The notes under the pieces: generated by a model
Told to the model about the DNA's origin: nothing
Database searches by the model: none
What the model saw: only the letters and a program-made list of their open reading frames with translations
Shown: in pieces, positions 26,331-29,365 of the stretch
Layout of the letters: every line of letters begins with the position of its first letter
Numbering within the stretch: the first letter of the stretch is position 1
Assembly: GCF_000181795.1 (NCBI RefSeq)
Contig: NW_003526944.1
Coordinates: 1,962,848-1,992,212 of the forward strand
DNA from: Trichinella spiralis
Taxonomy: Eukaryota
Length of the DNA: 29,365 bases
Direction: 5' to 3'
Translations under genes and position numbers: made by a program

Positions 26331-28885
26331 TGGTATAGTTGAAAATTTTACAAGCCGGTCGATTTTGTGTCTGAAATGCAGCAATGGAAAATACTTTCGA
26401 TACGAGCGCAACGAGAGTAAAAAGAAGAGGATAGCAGCTGTGGAAGAAGCAGAGAAAAGCTTACGTCGACGCGACGACCACGAAACTAGCATCCAACAGC
26501 CTGCCTATGCGCAATTTTATAATAAAAACGTAACGCGGCTGCGCCCAACTGCATCATTAGCTAACTCGCCGCAAGCGACGCGTTTGGCGTATTTTCATCG
26601 AATCACAACGGAAGGTAAGAATAAGAGTGAGCATTCAATTCATTCATATATTGCTCATCAACTATTTTTCAACCTAACATCTCACTCCTTAATATTCCAC
26701 ACACACACGCACATTTATATTTATAATTATATACATATATATTTACATACATACACTGAATGATATATGTACTCACATACTTCTTCATTTATATATGTAA
26801 ATTTATATAGGTCTATAGATGATTATGTTGCATTCATTCAAAGTTGCATATAATAGTACATTAGTTGATGCAATTTGTTCTCGTTTGTCATTGATATATA
26901 GATGCGATGGGGTCAGTTTTTTTTTCACGCTGTGCCAGTTGCGTAGAAATGCTTCACATTGTTTATTTTTATTAGTTGAATAATATATTTTAATTGCAAC
27001 GTTATATTGATATTATTTTATGTCATTTTTTAATTATTCAATTTCTGAATAATTTTAATATCAATAACATCTTAATTTTTTGAAATTGTTCCCAACATTG
27101 CATTGCGCATTGTTCAACTGATGTTTCAACGTATCATTTTATCAGTAATAAAAATATTTTCCTCTATTTAAACTTAACGATAGAATGAGTTTCATTAATA
27201 TGTTACTTTATTATTTTCACCCGTATATTTTTTCTGCGAGCTGAACAACGAACAGTTCGCAATTCTTTCCTCGACATTTGTATTTTAAGGTAGTCATATT
27301 GTTTAATATTATTATTAATTTATTTTTATCAATGTTCAATTGCTAAATAGCGAATTATCAATCTATCTATTCATCTGTGTATGTTCTTGTGTTCTGTGTG
27401 TTAAAGCAATTCTTAGCTAATTCAATTGAAACGATCCAAATTTGAATACTAATCCCCAAATCAACTCGGTATTTTATAGGCTTGAATAATATTTAACACT
27501 ATTCAATATTTATTTATTCATGTCCAATAATTTTTGGTATTAATTTTTAAGTTATAATTTTCTTGACTGCGTTTGTTTCTTTTGCGTACAGCTAACTGTG
27601 AATTTCTGGTTGTAAGAGATTAAAAAAAATTTTTTTATCATTTTGCTTTTATAGTTTTGGTTCAATAATATAAACTTTGTTTACATAGGCAGTATATTTC
27701 ATTCGCATATATGTGCATTTTCAAGTAGTGCTCGTGTTTGCTATTCAAATTTTATGTTGACCTTTAAAATGAATTCGTTAGCAGGCTTATATATTTGTAC
27801 ATTTCTGTGACATCATACGTTTATAAATTATGTGCAATTCCATCACGACGATGCCAAAGGAAAAATTTCATCTCACAAAATTTCCATATTAGTGCGTTGA
27901 CCCTTTTCCACCATTGCGAGTGCTATTCCATTTTCTCTTATTATTATCATTTCACTGCTTCATGCTGTGTGTGAACACCGCGTCCGCTATTTCATACAAC
28001 TCGGTGTTTTTCCACTTCAATTGTATGTATTTCAGTGAATTTTATACAAATTTAACTCTTAATGATGGTGATGTGTGAAGTTGTGCATGGGTTGACTTGC
28101 ATGCTGGATGGACGTTTTTTTCTTTACCTTATTCCTGCTTATAAGTAATTAATTGTTGTTCAATTTTTAGTTTTATGTTGATTTTATTCGCTTTTCCTGT
28201 ATGCTGTGATTGTATAGTTTCATAGGTAGGTAATTTCAGTTATTTTAATAATTTATTTTAACTTAAATATTTTAGACGCGACGAATTACAAATTATCAAT
28301 AAAACTTCATCTAATTCAACTTGGTAATTGCTGATTTATAAATTTTGATTTATGATTGATTTTTTTGATTTATTTATAAAATGCATTTATAAAATTTGCA
28401 AACTTTTTGCAGTATTATTTATTCCAAATTGTTCAGTGATATTGTACTTTGAAAATTTTACATACTGTATAAGACATTATTTTACATCCAATATTAGAAT
28501 AATTAGAATAGTTAGAAGTTGGAATAATTTTTTAAACGTTTATTGAACTTCAGGTGAGCCCAATGTGGAGATCTGGCACCAGGTATTGTTGAAGTGTTCT
28601 GTCCAACTTTTTCTAACTTTCCTGTCTTTGACTTTATTGCAAATGGGCGCAACGCTGTTTTCTGCTGGTCGATTTTTCTGTGGTCTGATGATGACGTTAG
28701 CCATTAGCGTTTCCTATGAACATCGTTTTACAAGAGCAGACAAAATTTTTGATGGAATGTTCCCTTTTCGGTTCAGAGCATTTTTTGTTATATTTCATTT
28801 AGGATGTCATAGGATGGAGCATATTGAAGAACAGTACGATGGGCCGTCGATGATTCTTTTTGCTTGCTGGAGTACAGCCGTATGA
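26331..28885 (+). other. Possible spliced transcript of unknown function (exon ~26331..26614 joined to an exon from 28554); may encode a small hydrophobic-leader peptide from ATG 28643
   Basis: A GC-richer island flanked by CTTTTAG| and GAAG|GTAAGA, plus a downstream CTTCAG| acceptor at 28553 in matching phase 1. No recognisable domain. Confidence 0.3.
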
Positions 28886-29319
28886 GGTGGTCCAGATTGT
28901 CTGCACCAGACATTGTGTCATTAGAACAGCACAGAGCAATCTTCAGTTTGTTTTTCTCTTCTGGAGAGGCTATTTTGTCATGCGCATGGTGGATAACAGT
29001 GAGCGACACTTGTTTTTTCCTGGTACGTTACTGATCAGTGTAATTTTTTTGTCAAAACAGCAAATAGATTAGCCAGGCTGACATTCTGCTCTGATGGCCA
29101 TTCTTGAATTGATGTTGCGTTTATTTTTTTGCAGTGTATCAACCGTAGTTGTATTTCATACCAGAAGTTTCTTCGCCATTTCCACACTGGTAATAAAATT
29201 AGCAGTGCTCATTTCAGCTATTGCCGCACCAGATAGAGACTTCCTTGCTATTTTTTAGATATATCCCAGCTATGTATGACAACTGTTCAGTTTTTAACAC
29301 TGAATTATCCTTCAACTCC

Positions 29320-29320
<1 letters not shown>

Positions 29321-29365
<45 letters not shown>
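29321..29365. repeat. (TA)n microsatellite running off the window end
   Basis: Pure TA repeat, 45 nt. Confidence 0.95.

Overview
Eukaryotic, AT-rich, gene-dense DNA with short spliceosomal introns (mostly 50-130 nt, TTTCAG/TTTAG acceptors). It looks like a nematode, most likely clade I such as Trichinella (inference). Manual splicing gives, in order: the 3' end of an ALP/Enigma (Zasp/alp-1-like) LIM gene (+); four co-directional minus-strand genes transcribed Akirin -> INTS4 -> proteasome alpha-6 (PSMA1) -> F-box/LRR, the first three only ~260 and ~335 nt apart (operon-like); a divergent VPS33B (+); an intron-containing tRNA-Tyr(GUA); a PRDM14 orthologue with a degenerate PR/SET domain and an eh1-like motif (-); a ZM + ALP-motif protein with no visible PDZ or LIM domain that carries a repeated PxWxxxAExxxxxW motif (-); a weakly supported + strand transcript; and a terminal (TA)n. 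The most interesting items are the putative Akirin-Integrator-proteasome operon, the remodelled PRDM14 and the Trp-repeat Zasp-like protein. All protein identities come from recalled sequence motifs, not database searches.
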